64,000 bases of DNA from Bacteroidales bacterium (GTDB lineage Bacteria; Bacteroidota; Bacteroidia; Bacteroidales; JAIPAH01), in contig JAIPBX010000001.1 in NCBI GenBank assembly GCA_021738485.1, positions 4,702 to 68,701 on the forward strand, read 5' to 3'. Position 1 is the stretch's first letter. Each line of letters starts with the position of its first letter. Of this stretch, positions 45,540-55,269 are shown piece after piece. The position numbers and the translations under genes were made by a program. Below the pieces are notes generated by a model. That model was given only the letters and a program-made list of their open reading frames with translations. It searched no databases and was not told where the DNA came from.

Positions 45540-48500
45540 ATGAAAAACCTTCTGATATTAATCGTTCTACTCCCAGCTATCGCGACTGCTCAATTCGAAG
45601 ATTTTTTTACCGATGGCAACATTACGGAAAATCCCCAATGGATAGGTAATACTTCCCTGTTTAAGGTAAATGATGATAAACGGTTACAACTTGATGATGA
45701 TGAAGAAAGCAGCGCTTATCTCTCAACGGCCTCTACACGATTGGACAGCACGGAGTGGCACTTCTGGATTCGTCTCGGCTTTTCTCCCTCCTCAAACAAT
45801 AATGCCAGGGTGTATCTAGCCGCCGACCAGGGCAACCCGAACAATCCCGGAAAAAGTTATTTTCTTCAATTCGGTGAAAGTGGATCGGATGATGCTATCA
45901 CCCTTTTTGAACGAACCGAAACAGGCGATAGTATGATTTGCCGGGGCACAGAGGGATTGATTAGCAGTTCATTCTCTATGGCCGTTAAAGTCACCTGTAA
46001 CAGCTCAGGGGTATGGAAAATATTCACTGACCCTGTGAATAGTGGGTTATATCAGTTGGAGGCTAGCGGTCACTCGGAGGGGAGTTTTGAAGCCACTCAT
46101 TTTTCGGTATTCTGCAACTACACTATCAGTAATAGCGATAAATTTTTCTTTGATGATTTTATTGTCAAACCGCTGGAAAAAGACACTACTCCCCCGGCTT
46201 TGGAAGAAGTGGAAACACCGGCTGAAAATGAAATCATAGTACATTTTGATGAAGTTGTTTCTGAGACCTCGGCTCAGAATCCGGCTAATTTTCACCTAAA
46301 CCAGGGTATCGGCCAGCCAGACTCTTCAATGCGCAACCCGTTAACTTCGAACCAGGTACATCTCTATTTTTCCGAAATATTTCAAAATCAAACCACTTAT
46401 GTGTTATCGGTTGAAAACATTGAAGACCTTAGCGGTAACCAATCCTCACAAGAAGAAATTTCTTTTGAATATTTAAAACCGCAGGTCCCGGAAGCATTTG
46501 ATGTGGTGATCAATGAAGTTTTGGCGGATGTCAACCCCGAACCCAATAATTTACCCCCTTATGATTATGCAGAGCTTTTTAACAGAACGAATAACCTGGT
46601 TGATCTTTCGGGAGCCACTTTAAGCTTTGGCGCTCACAACAAAACATTTCCACCCGAAACGTATATCCGGCCCAACTCTTACTTATTGATTACCGATGAT
46701 GATTCGCCATTGAATATTTCATCCCTGATTTATTTCAACAGCTTCCCGGTCAACAATGAAACCCGAATGACATTAAAATCAGCAGAAAAAAATATTATAC
46801 ATACCATTAACTACCAGAAGAAATGGTATGGCGATGAAAATAAGGAAGAGGGAGGATGGTCCCTGGAAATCATCGACCCGGATAATCCCTGCGGATGCGC
46901 TGATAACTGGGGAGGCTCTGTAGATGAAAAAGGGGGTACACCAGGAAACATCAACTCCATAGATTCGGAAAACCCCGATAATACTGCTCCTGAAATCACT
47001 TACCTCAAAATACAAAATGATTCTTCCCTGAAAGTCACTTTCTCCGAAAGTATGGATAGCATAAGCATTTCCGGAACCGAACTATACAAGGTGGAAAATC
47101 TTAATCTCCAGCCTCAAACAGCGGCCCCTTTGCCTCCTGACTATTCTTCTGTCATTCTATCTTTTGAAAAGGGAACTTTTAGAGATGAAGAAATATATGT
47201 TTTGACTATATCCGGAACAGCCCTCGATTGCAGCGGAAACCAAATCGATACGACTTCGCAATCTTTTGCTAATTATGACCCCCACTACGGAGACCTGATA
47301 ATTCAGGAAATCATGGCAGATATTAATCCGCAACCACGGGAACTTCCTCCGGCAGAATATCTTGAAATTTATAACAGAAGTGATTTTCCGGTAGATTTGA
47401 CTTCCATTTCCGTAAATATTGGAGATAAACAGATTTCGTTTGAAGAAGGAAAAGCCATTGAAGCAGGAGGCTATCTTGTCGTTTCTGAAGAACATGCCAA
47501 CTTGAGCAGCAGTAAAGACCTGTACCTGGTTCCCTCGCTAAGAATCACTAATGCAGGCGATGCGATAACGCTCCGCAAAAAGCATGGTGAGATTATCTTC
47601 TATACAGATTTCGAGCTATTTTGGTATGACGACGAAACGAAACAAGAGGGGGGGTGGAGCCTGGAAATGATTGATCCTAATAACTTTTGCTCCAAGAGCA
47701 GTAACTGGAGTGCTTCGACAAACCCATCCGGGGGCACCCCCGGATTTGAAAATTCGGTTAAAACCGAAAATGCTGACATCCACTCCCCTGACATTTATCG
47801 TATTGCCGTCGTTTCTCCGAGCACCGTCCGACTGTATTTCAACGAAAGGATAGATAGTGCCACTCTGATGAATACAAACGCATATTCAGTGAATCCATCA
47901 TTGGGGGCTTTAACCGCCATTAATCCTGTTGACCCAGCTTTCGAAGCGGTGGAACTAAGCTTTGAAGATGAAATCCAATCCGATATAATATATTCTATTA
48001 CAGCATCAAACAGCATAAAAGACTGTATGAACAACGGATTGCTAGTGCCGGAAGCCCTGAAATTTTCCTATCCAATTCTGGCTGATACCAACGATGTAGT
48101 CATCAATGAAATATTATTCAATCCCCGGGAACAGGGTGTAGACTTTTTGGAGCTCTATAACAAATCAAGTCATGCCATTGATCTTTCTTCCCTTTTCGTA
48201 GAACTAAATGATCCTTTAAGCGGTGAAACGGAAAAAAAAGTATCCTTAACGCAAGAGAGACTAATATTTGTCAAAAACAGCTATCTTGCATTAACACAAA
48301 ACCCCGAAGTTATTAGAGCGCATTATCCGAAAGCTGTAGCCAAAAATTTACTGAAAGTGGATGACCTACCCAATTTTCCTAATTCCGGCGGTCAAATTCA
48401 AATATCGGATGTAAAAGGAACAATGCTGGATAGGATGATCTATAAAGAAGACATGCACTTTCCTCTCATCAGAAATACCAATGGCGTTTCTTTGGAACGG

Positions 48501-48929
48501 GTAAGCACTGATAAATCATCGAATGACGAAGATAACTGGCATTCGGCCTCCGAGACTGCCGGGTTTGCCACACCAGGGTATGCAAACTCCCAATCTGTTA
48601 CCTCGGAAATCCAAAATATGGATGTAACCGTTTCTCCGGAAATCGTTACGCCAAACAATGACGGTCAAAATGACCAGGTACAAATCAGCTACAAGCTGCC
48701 AAAACCTGGTTATTCAGCTAATGTAATTATATACGATGCGCGTGGGAGGGAGGTTATAAAACTTTTCAGCAATAAACAACTAGCCACATCCGGCCGGTTT
48801 TTTTGGGATGGAACTAATGCCGATAAAAAGCAGGTTCAAACCGGACATTACATTATTTTGATAGAATTATTTGATTTAGAAGGAAATATTGAACACTATA
48901 AAAAAACCGTGATCATAGCCGGCCATTGA
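45540..48929 (+). CDS. large secreted protein with three lamin-tail (LTD) domains, Ig-like spacers and T9SS type-B-like C-terminal domain
   Basis: It has a signal peptide. The LTD signature occurs three times (VVINEVLADVNPEP...YAELFNRTN..VDLSG; LIIQEIMADINPQP..EYLEIYNRSDFPVDL; VVINEILFNPREQGVDFLELYNKSSHAIDLS). The C-terminus is TPNNDGQNDQV...FWDGTN. Confidence 0.7.
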   Translation: MKNLLILIVLLPAIATAQFEDFFTDGNITENPQWIGNTSLFKVNDDKRLQLDDDEESSAYLSTASTRLDSTEWHFWIRLGFSPSSNNNARVYLAADQGNPNNPGKSYFLQFGESGSDDAITLFERTETGDSMICRGTEGLISSSFSMAVKVTCNSSGVWKIFTDPVNSGLYQLEASGHSEGSFEATHFSVFCNYTISNSDKFFFDDFIVKPLEKDTTPPALEEVETPAENEIIVHFDEVVSETSAQNPANFHLNQGIGQPDSSMRNPLTSNQVHLYFSEIFQNQTTYVLSVENIEDLSGNQSSQEEISFEYLKPQVPEAFDVVINEVLADVNPEPNNLPPYDYAELFNRTNNLVDLSGATLSFGAHNKTFPPETYIRPNSYLLITDDDSPLNISSLIYFNSFPVNNETRMTLKSAEKNIIHTINYQKKWYGDENKEEGGWSLEIIDPDNPCGCADNWGGSVDEKGGTPGNINSIDSENPDNTAPEITYLKIQNDSSLKVTFSESMDSISISGTELYKVENLNLQPQTAAPLPPDYSSVILSFEKGTFRDEEIYVLTISGTALDCSGNQIDTTSQSFANYDPHYGDLIIQEIMADINPQPRELPPAEYLEIYNRSDFPVDLTSISVNIGDKQISFEEGKAIEAGGYLVVSEEHANLSSSKDLYLVPSLRITNAGDAITLRKKHGEIIFYTDFELFWYDDETKQEGGWSLEMIDPNNFCSKSSNWSASTNPSGGTPGFENSVKTENADIHSPDIYRIAVVSPSTVRLYFNERIDSATLMNTNAYSVNPSLGALTAINPVDPAFEAVELSFEDEIQSDIIYSITASNSIKDCMNNGLLVPEALKFSYPILADTNDVVINEILFNPREQGVDFLELYNKSSHAIDLSSLFVELNDPLSGETEKKVSLTQERLIFVKNSYLALTQNPEVIRAHYPKAVAKNLLKVDDLPNFPNSGGQIQISDVKGTMLDRMIYKEDMHFPLIRNTNGVSLERVSTDKSSNDEDNWHSASETAGFATPGYANSQSVTSEIQNMDVTVSPEIVTPNNDGQNDQVQISYKLPKPGYSANVIIYDARGREVIKLFSNKQLATSGRFFWDGTNADKKQVQTGHYIILIELFDLEGNIEHYKKTVIIAGH

Positions 48930-49003
48930 ATTTTATAGTTTTTCATGAATCATTAACAAATATTAACAGTACGATTTTTTATAAAACATTATTATTGTAA
49001 AAT

Positions 49004-49666
49004 ATGGAAAGGAGCCCTGTTCAATATATCGCGATTATATTTTATGTTCTGGCGTTAATGGATGCCCATGCACAAAATGAATCCGGAGATACCACTTTTA
49101 TTTTTAAAGGGAAGGTTGTTAATGCCAGGAAGATGGAAGGAATTTATAATGCTCATATAGTAAATACAACAAAAAATATCGGGGCTGTCAGTTTTTTTGA
49201 CGGAAGTTTTAAAATTCATACCTCACCTAGCGATAGCTTAAAAATATCATTGGTGGGCTATCAAACGAAAACCCTAGAAGTAACAAACTCCCACCGCAAC
49301 CTTCAGGTGCCGGTAATCATTCCGCTAAAATTCAGACCATTAAGTATGGAAAGAGTTACTATTTACGGAAAAACTTATGAGCAATTCAAAAGAGATTTCG
49401 TTCAATTAGACATTAAACCCATCCCTGTTAACACGGAAGCATTAAAATCTATTGATGAAGAATTAGACTTACTGGGGCCAGCTTCTCCAAGCGGGTTTAA
49501 AGGACCTATTCAAATGTTGTATGACCGATTTAATGAAAATGAACGCTTACGTCGAAAAATTTTAAGAAATAGGAGAAAACATGGGAATCCTGAAGCATAT
49601 GAGGGTTTTCCGGTTTATCCGTCGAATATCGGTAAAGATACCATTCCTTCTAATGACTCGCAATAG
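49004..49666 (+). CDS. CarboxypepD_reg-like domain protein
   Basis: It has a signal peptide plus FKGKVVNARKMEGIYNAHIVNTTKNIGAVSFFDGSFKI...ISLVGYQTKTLEV. Confidence 0.5.
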   Translation: MERSPVQYIAIIFYVLALMDAHAQNESGDTTFIFKGKVVNARKMEGIYNAHIVNTTKNIGAVSFFDGSFKIHTSPSDSLKISLVGYQTKTLEVTNSHRNLQVPVIIPLKFRPLSMERVTIYGKTYEQFKRDFVQLDIKPIPVNTEALKSIDEELDLLGPASPSGFKGPIQMLYDRFNENERLRRKILRNRRKHGNPEAYEGFPVYPSNIGKDTIPSNDSQ

Positions 49667-50351
49667 CTAACGTAGCTATCCCCACCCGGGATTTTGCATC
49701 CTCTGTTAATACTTTTGCGCATGCTTCCAGCGTTGCCCCGGTGGTTACCACATCATCCACAAGTATGACTTTCTTGTTCGCTAAAGATTTCTTTTCAGCT
49801 ACTTCAAAAATTTCTTTGACATTTTCCCAGCGACTATACCTGGTTTTTTTCGTTTGGGTTTCTGAAAATTTCTTTCTCAGCAGATTCTCTGTATTTACGG
49901 GGATCTCCATAACCTCACCCATGCCTCGGGCTATCATATAACTTTGATTGTATCCTCTTTTTTTCTCCTTGCCGGGATGCAGGGGTACCGGGATGAGCAT
50001 ATCCGCTGAAGAAAAAAAGGGGGCTTTTTCCAGCTCAATTCCAAATAATCGACCAAGATACTCACCAATTTCACGCTCCCCCTTATACTTTAGCTGATGT
50101 ACCAGATTCTGAACCGATCCACCCTTCCTGAAATAAAGAAATGCAGTAGCGGCTTTAATATCAGCTCTTCCCCAAAAAATCTGACTTACCACATTATCAG
50201 GATCGGAATGGAAGCGTGTTCGGGGCAAATTAACTTCGCATGAAATACATAACACTTCTTCGCCCTCAACAAGACTATTACCACAATTCAGGCAAATTTC
50301 CGGATAAAGAAGGTATAGAAGGCTTTCTAATATTTTTTTCATGGCAGGCAC
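49650..50351 (-). CDS. comF: ComF family protein (phosphoribosyltransferase-like)
   Basis: It has an N-terminal Zn-ribbon (CLNCGN...CISCE) and a PRTase motif (VILVDDVVTTGATL). Its 3' end overlaps the convergent gene by 17 nt. Confidence 0.8.
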   Translation of the reverse strand: MPAMKKILESLLYLLYPEICLNCGNSLVEGEEVLCISCEVNLPRTRFHSDPDNVVSQIFWGRADIKAATAFLYFRKGGSVQNLVHQLKYKGEREIGEYLGRLFGIELEKAPFFSSADMLIPVPLHPGKEKKRGYNQSYMIARGMGEVMEIPVNTENLLRKKFSETQTKKTRYSRWENVKEIFEVAEKKSLANKKVILVDDVVTTGATLEACAKVLTEDAKSRVGIATLAIASH

Positions 50352-50446
50352 TTATTATTGCCTCTAAGTTAGTCCATTTTCATAAAAAAAGAAAGCCCCT
50401 TCACAATAAATGAGGGGGCTCTCAAAACAAATATTACCCTATTTAA

Positions 50447-52159
50447 TTAATGTCCTTCGCCTTCCGGAACTTTAAACTTATCACCGGTTTGCTTGATAAT
50501 TTTTCTATACCATTCCTCACCATAACCGGGTTGATTGGGATGTTTGAGCACACCATGACCATTCGTAAGAAATTTCCTTCCTTCGGTTTTTTTGATATTC
50601 CCATCCATATATTTCATAAAGAGGAAATGATAAAACTCTTTCCAGTCATTCACCAGCTTATTAGCAGCCGTTACAGAAAAATTCGTCACAAATTCCAAGG
50701 CTGTTTGCTTATCATTATCATACATTTTCTTTGCTGCTTCATCGACGCCATCAACGTAATTTACGAACCTGTCTTCGTATTTCGCCTGCAAATCGGCAAT
50801 ATGGGGATGTATTTCATTATAGCGGGTATAAGCCAGGTTAGAGACCTGGTTAAAAGTCCAAAAAGCTGAATTATCAGACCACTCGCTTAAAGAACCGTTT
50901 CCTTCAGCGTAAGTCTCCGGCACCTCCTGTATTCCGCAATACATAGGCACATAAACCGAAGAAGCGGCATCATCAACACCAAACCAGTTGATACCACCAA
51001 TTTCATCGGGAAGCCAGTTTCGTGATTGGGTTACAAAAGAAAAGCCTGTTTGTTGGGTAGCCACAGCACGCTCATTGCAGTACTGCTCACCATCAACTTC
51101 CCAATAAAGGGGGCGCCAGCGATACGGCAAATCAAATGGTCCGGCCCCGATATCCTGGGTCATATCCAGTGGCGTATTTTCGAAATGGTCTCTCATAAAA
51201 CCAAACATATCCTGAACAGAAATTTTCTCTTCAGGCTTAATCCAAAGCGGCATGCGATTATCCAGGTCGTGTCCTTTCACATAATCGGTATATTTATCCA
51301 TACCACTCTTTACTTTCCTGAACATGGACCACACTCTAGCCTCACAAAAACGGGCTCCCCCAAAAGATACGGGAGCATAAGTGTCGGAGAAGCTGAAATT
51401 TTTATCTTTTCCATCGAAATACCCTTTTTTACGGGCAAAAGAAATGACATCTTCGTGATATACCGTTGAGACACCCTTGTTATAAATATCTTCTAAATGC
51501 GCAGAAGATATCGAGCTTTTATTACCTTCCTGCGGGAAGGTGGTTATTCTTGCCTGATTAGCGTGTCCTGATACGTATCCGTCGGGGATTTTTCGCGCAA
51601 CCCAAACAGCACCTTTTTCGCCTTCACCTTTGCCGATCATCTCCATAATCCATACTTCATTTTTATCAGAAATGGAAAAGGACTCACCCGAGCTATAATA
51701 GCCATATTCTTCTACCAGCTCAGCCATTGTTTTTATAGCATCGCGGGCTGATTTAGCACGCTGCAGAGCAACATACATGAGGGAACCATAATCCATGATG
51801 GCATCGGGTTGATTCTGTAATTCTTCCCGGCCACCATAGGTGGTTTCTCCAATAGCTACCTGGTGTTCATTGATGTTTCCAACTACTGTATATGTTTCAC
51901 TAGCCTGATCAATTTTCCCCAGAAATTTACCGGTATCCCATTCATGAATCTCTAACTTCTCCCCTTCTTCATAGGTGGCAGCCGGCCAATAATACAGCTC
52001 ACCATATAATACATGCGAGTCAGCGGCATAGCTTATCATGGTAGACCCATCAGTGCTAGCCCCCTTTGTTATAAGAAAATTAGTACATGCTTTGCCGGTA
52101 TTCGCAGAAAATAAAAAAAGGAATCCCAGCATAAAAAAACTCCACTTGACTTGTTTCAT
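50447..52159 (-). CDS. C69 family dipeptidase
   Basis: The signal peptide is followed by the catalytic CTNFLITKGASTDGS. The length of 570 aa is typical of the family. Confidence 0.8.
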   Translation of the reverse strand: MKQVKWSFFMLGFLFLFSANTGKACTNFLITKGASTDGSTMISYAADSHVLYGELYYWPAATYEEGEKLEIHEWDTGKFLGKIDQASETYTVVGNINEHQVAIGETTYGGREELQNQPDAIMDYGSLMYVALQRAKSARDAIKTMAELVEEYGYYSSGESFSISDKNEVWIMEMIGKGEGEKGAVWVARKIPDGYVSGHANQARITTFPQEGNKSSISSAHLEDIYNKGVSTVYHEDVISFARKKGYFDGKDKNFSFSDTYAPVSFGGARFCEARVWSMFRKVKSGMDKYTDYVKGHDLDNRMPLWIKPEEKISVQDMFGFMRDHFENTPLDMTQDIGAGPFDLPYRWRPLYWEVDGEQYCNERAVATQQTGFSFVTQSRNWLPDEIGGINWFGVDDAASSVYVPMYCGIQEVPETYAEGNGSLSEWSDNSAFWTFNQVSNLAYTRYNEIHPHIADLQAKYEDRFVNYVDGVDEAAKKMYDNDKQTALEFVTNFSVTAANKLVNDWKEFYHFLFMKYMDGNIKKTEGRKFLTNGHGVLKHPNQPGYGEEWYRKIIKQTGDKFKVPEGEGH

Positions 52160-52220
52160 ATTTTAGTTCATTTAGTTTTAATTAAGCCACAAATATAATT
52201 TTTTAAATTTTTTTAATACA

Positions 52221-52268
52221 ATAAAAAAAGGCTTAAAAAAGGCGATAATATTTCCTCTCTTAAGCCTT
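52221..52268 (-). terminator. rho-independent terminator after the tyrosine-kinase gene
   Basis: The stem aaggcttaa (52228..52236) / ttaagcctt (52260..52268) is followed on the minus strand by T7. Confidence 0.6.
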
Positions 52269-52291
52269 CATTAGGTATTTATTAACCGATT

Positions 52292-54754
52292 TTAGCGGTT
52301 AAACAACTTTTTCCAGAAAGAATTATTTTCTTCCTCATTATCATCCGAATAATAGCCATAACCGTAACCATAACCGTAGCCGTAACCATAGCCGTAACCA
52401 TAACCACCTTTTTTAAAACGAATATCATTTATCAGCACATTAACGTTTTTAATACCCTGATTTGTAACATCATTAACAGCATTAGCAAAGCCCTTGGCAT
52501 GAGATAAATCCTGGCGTGCTACAAAAATGCTGGCATCCACATTTTTCATCAAAAGCAGCGCATCGGTTACAAGCCCGATTGGAGGCGAGTCAATAATTAT
52601 ATAGTCATACTTTTCCCGTAGCTTTTTCATCATTTCATCGGTTTCGTCGGATGCAATGATTTCAGCGGGATTAGGTGGCACCGGGCCTGCCATGATAACA
52701 TCAAAATTCTCTATATCTGTATGTTGTATTACATCCTCCATTTTGTCCTTATGGACAAGGTAAGTTGATAAACCCTGAAGATTATTAAGACCAAAATCCT
52801 GATAGATCTTAGGCTTCCTGAGATCAAAGCCAACTAATAACGTGCTTTTACCATAAGAAGCATATGACAAGGCCAGATTTTCCGCTACAAAGGTTTTTCC
52901 TTCTCCCGGAAAAACGGATGTAACAAGTATCACAGATTTCTCTCTCGACTTGGTTACAAATTCAAGATTCGTTCTTACCGACCTGAAAGATTCGGATATT
53001 GAAGATTTTGGTGATTTATGAACTACAAGATTGGTGTCTTTATTATTATGTAGCACCTGCCCAATCATGGAGGCCTGTTGCAGATTATCCTCAATATCTT
53101 TCCGGTCCTGAACCTTATCATTAAAATAATCCTTACCGAATACATAACTTACCGGGATAATCAATCCCAACAGCAATGCAATCAAATAATTTAATGTCGT
53201 TTTGGGGAAAACTTTCTCCGCTGCTTCTACCCGGGCCTCATCTACAACCTCATTATCAGGCAGGTTGGAGGCCCTGGTGATTTGTGCATCGGAACGCTTT
53301 TCCATTAAGAAGGTATAAATATTATCCAGGAGCTTAAATTGCCTTTCTATGTTAAAAAGTTTTCGTTGTGTCCCCGGCAAACTGTTCAACCGACTTGATA
53401 GCTTTTCAATCCGTTGATTAATATCAGAAATAGAAATCTCAGAAGTATTAATCATGTTGTTGACATTTTCTAACAAAGTTTGCTTTGTAAGCTTAATCTT
53501 GTTGTTGATCTGGCCAATCAACACATTTTGCTTTTTCGTGCTGAAAGCCAATTTGGACTTTTCTTCATAGAGCTCCGTCAGTTTCTCAACCAATCCAGCT
53601 AGCACAGGATCCTCTATCCCCAAGGCCGATGGAACGATAACATCATCCATATTAACCGACTCATTATTTTTTATATAGTTTTTAAGATGATGATAATACT
53701 GCGATTTAACCATTAATTCGGCTTTCTTATTCTGAAGCTCTTTCATCTGCTCGAAAAGCTGTTGCGATTGATGCTCCAGGTTCATCACTTCATTTTTGGA
53801 ACGAAACTTTTGCAGTTTTTGTTCCGATTTATTCAGCGAATCTTTAATATCCTTCAACTGATCGTCAATGAAATCAATAGTTTTGGAAGCTATTTGATTT
53901 TTCTTTTCAAGGCCCCTATCCAAATATTCATCCGTCAAAGTATTAAGAAAATCCACAGCTTTTTGCTTGTTATTCCCTTGCATGGATAAGCGAACTATAG
54001 AAGCCTCCCGGTTGATTGGCTCAATACTAAAGCCTTGAAATCGCTTTGTAAGGGAATTAAGATTATTAAATTGAAAAAATAATCTGTTGTTTTTTATTTT
54101 TTCGAGCTGTTCTTCATCCTCAAACCTCAATGAATCGATCTTAAACTTAAAATATTCGGTTTCCACCCATTCACCAAAACCTATTTCTTTCTTAAAATTG
54201 AAAGGTTCCTCAACTTCTTTTAAGCTGCTATTGTTTTTATAATCATAGGTGGAAAATTTTTCCGCCTCAATATCTATCCGATATTTATTTGGTGAAATAA
54301 CTTCGATATTTATGGGAACTCCTGTCATCTGGGGATGAGACGCATCAAAAGCAACTTTAAACGGCGGGTTATCATACAATTCTTTAACGATGAAATTATC
54401 TTCCTGAAAATAAGAAACCTCAAAATCAAGATTTTTTATAGCCCTGTTGGCTACTGCGTATGATTTGAGAATTCCGATCTCATTTTCAAGATTTTGCTTA
54501 TCCCCCGACATCTCAATACCAATAAGTTCCTGGGTGGAAAGGGTTCCTTTTTCGTCCTGAACAAGGACGGTTGTGGATACCTCATAGACCGTTTTACTAT
54601 ATTTATTGAAAAGAAATGCAATAACTAAAGCTACAAAAACTGTTATTACAAATAGATACCAGTTATTTATCAACTTGAAGAAAATTGCTTTAAAATCAAT
54701 ACTTTCTTCCTGCTGTTGTTGAAACTCGTTAAATTGTCTTAAATCTTCGGCCAT
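52292..54754 (-). CDS. polysaccharide co-polymerase / BY-type tyrosine autokinase (Wzc/GumC-like)
   Basis: 820 aa. It has a Wzz-type N-terminus with two TM helices and a long coiled coil. Walker A is SVFPGEGKTFVAENLA and Walker B-like is IIIDSPP. The C-terminal tail is GGYGYGYGYGYGYGYGYGYY. Confidence 0.85.
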   Translation of the reverse strand: MAEDLRQFNEFQQQQEESIDFKAIFFKLINNWYLFVITVFVALVIAFLFNKYSKTVYEVSTTVLVQDEKGTLSTQELIGIEMSGDKQNLENEIGILKSYAVANRAIKNLDFEVSYFQEDNFIVKELYDNPPFKVAFDASHPQMTGVPINIEVISPNKYRIDIEAEKFSTYDYKNNSSLKEVEEPFNFKKEIGFGEWVETEYFKFKIDSLRFEDEEQLEKIKNNRLFFQFNNLNSLTKRFQGFSIEPINREASIVRLSMQGNNKQKAVDFLNTLTDEYLDRGLEKKNQIASKTIDFIDDQLKDIKDSLNKSEQKLQKFRSKNEVMNLEHQSQQLFEQMKELQNKKAELMVKSQYYHHLKNYIKNNESVNMDDVIVPSALGIEDPVLAGLVEKLTELYEEKSKLAFSTKKQNVLIGQINNKIKLTKQTLLENVNNMINTSEISISDINQRIEKLSSRLNSLPGTQRKLFNIERQFKLLDNIYTFLMEKRSDAQITRASNLPDNEVVDEARVEAAEKVFPKTTLNYLIALLLGLIIPVSYVFGKDYFNDKVQDRKDIEDNLQQASMIGQVLHNNKDTNLVVHKSPKSSISESFRSVRTNLEFVTKSREKSVILVTSVFPGEGKTFVAENLALSYASYGKSTLLVGFDLRKPKIYQDFGLNNLQGLSTYLVHKDKMEDVIQHTDIENFDVIMAGPVPPNPAEIIASDETDEMMKKLREKYDYIIIDSPPIGLVTDALLLMKNVDASIFVARQDLSHAKGFANAVNDVTNQGIKNVNVLINDIRFKKGGYGYGYGYGYGYGYGYGYYSDDNEEENNSFWKKLFNR

Positions 54755-55236
54755 GCGTTGTATTCATTTAGAATTAGTAGTATAAGTGACTTTATCATTG
54801 AGAAAAACTTGGTATGAGAAAACTTTCTGAACACATATATCTTGCCTTATTTCTCCCCGAAATAGCGAATGAGAAAAACAATACCTCTACCTCCGGCTTA
54901 TTTAAATATTCGTGCTCTGTTGTCATAAAACTAATTATTAAAAATGCGTTTTTGTTTATAAGAGTGAAGTTTATCTGATGCACAAAAGTATATCAAAAAA
55001 CTTATTCAACAAAAATAGTAGTTTTGTAATTAACATCAAATTAATTTACTTTCTATTAGATTATGACCCGGTTCAATACTTCTAACTTTCATGTTCTAAC
55101 TCCATTTTCAGTTTTCTCCGTATAAATGAATCCACATTCTCCACAACTTTATGAGTAAAAACATTACTCAATATTGTGTGCTATACAAAATATTGTAAGC
55201 ATAAACTCTATAAGGGTACCATTTGTTTGAAAGTTT

Positions 55237-55244
55237 TACTTTTG
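55237..55244 (+). promoter_or_regulatory. Bacteroidota -7 box (TAnnTTTG) upstream of topA
   Basis: tacttttg is an exact match, 26 nt upstream of ATG 55270. Confidence 0.4.
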
Positions 55245-55269
55245 CATAAAATAACACAGGGGAAACACC

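Noticed and set aside
52349-52408. 6-nt periodic DNA repeat considered as a non-coding tandem repeat or CRISPR-like feature
   Set aside because: It lies inside the tyrosine-kinase ORF and encodes the (GY)9 tail. There are no spacers and no array structure.
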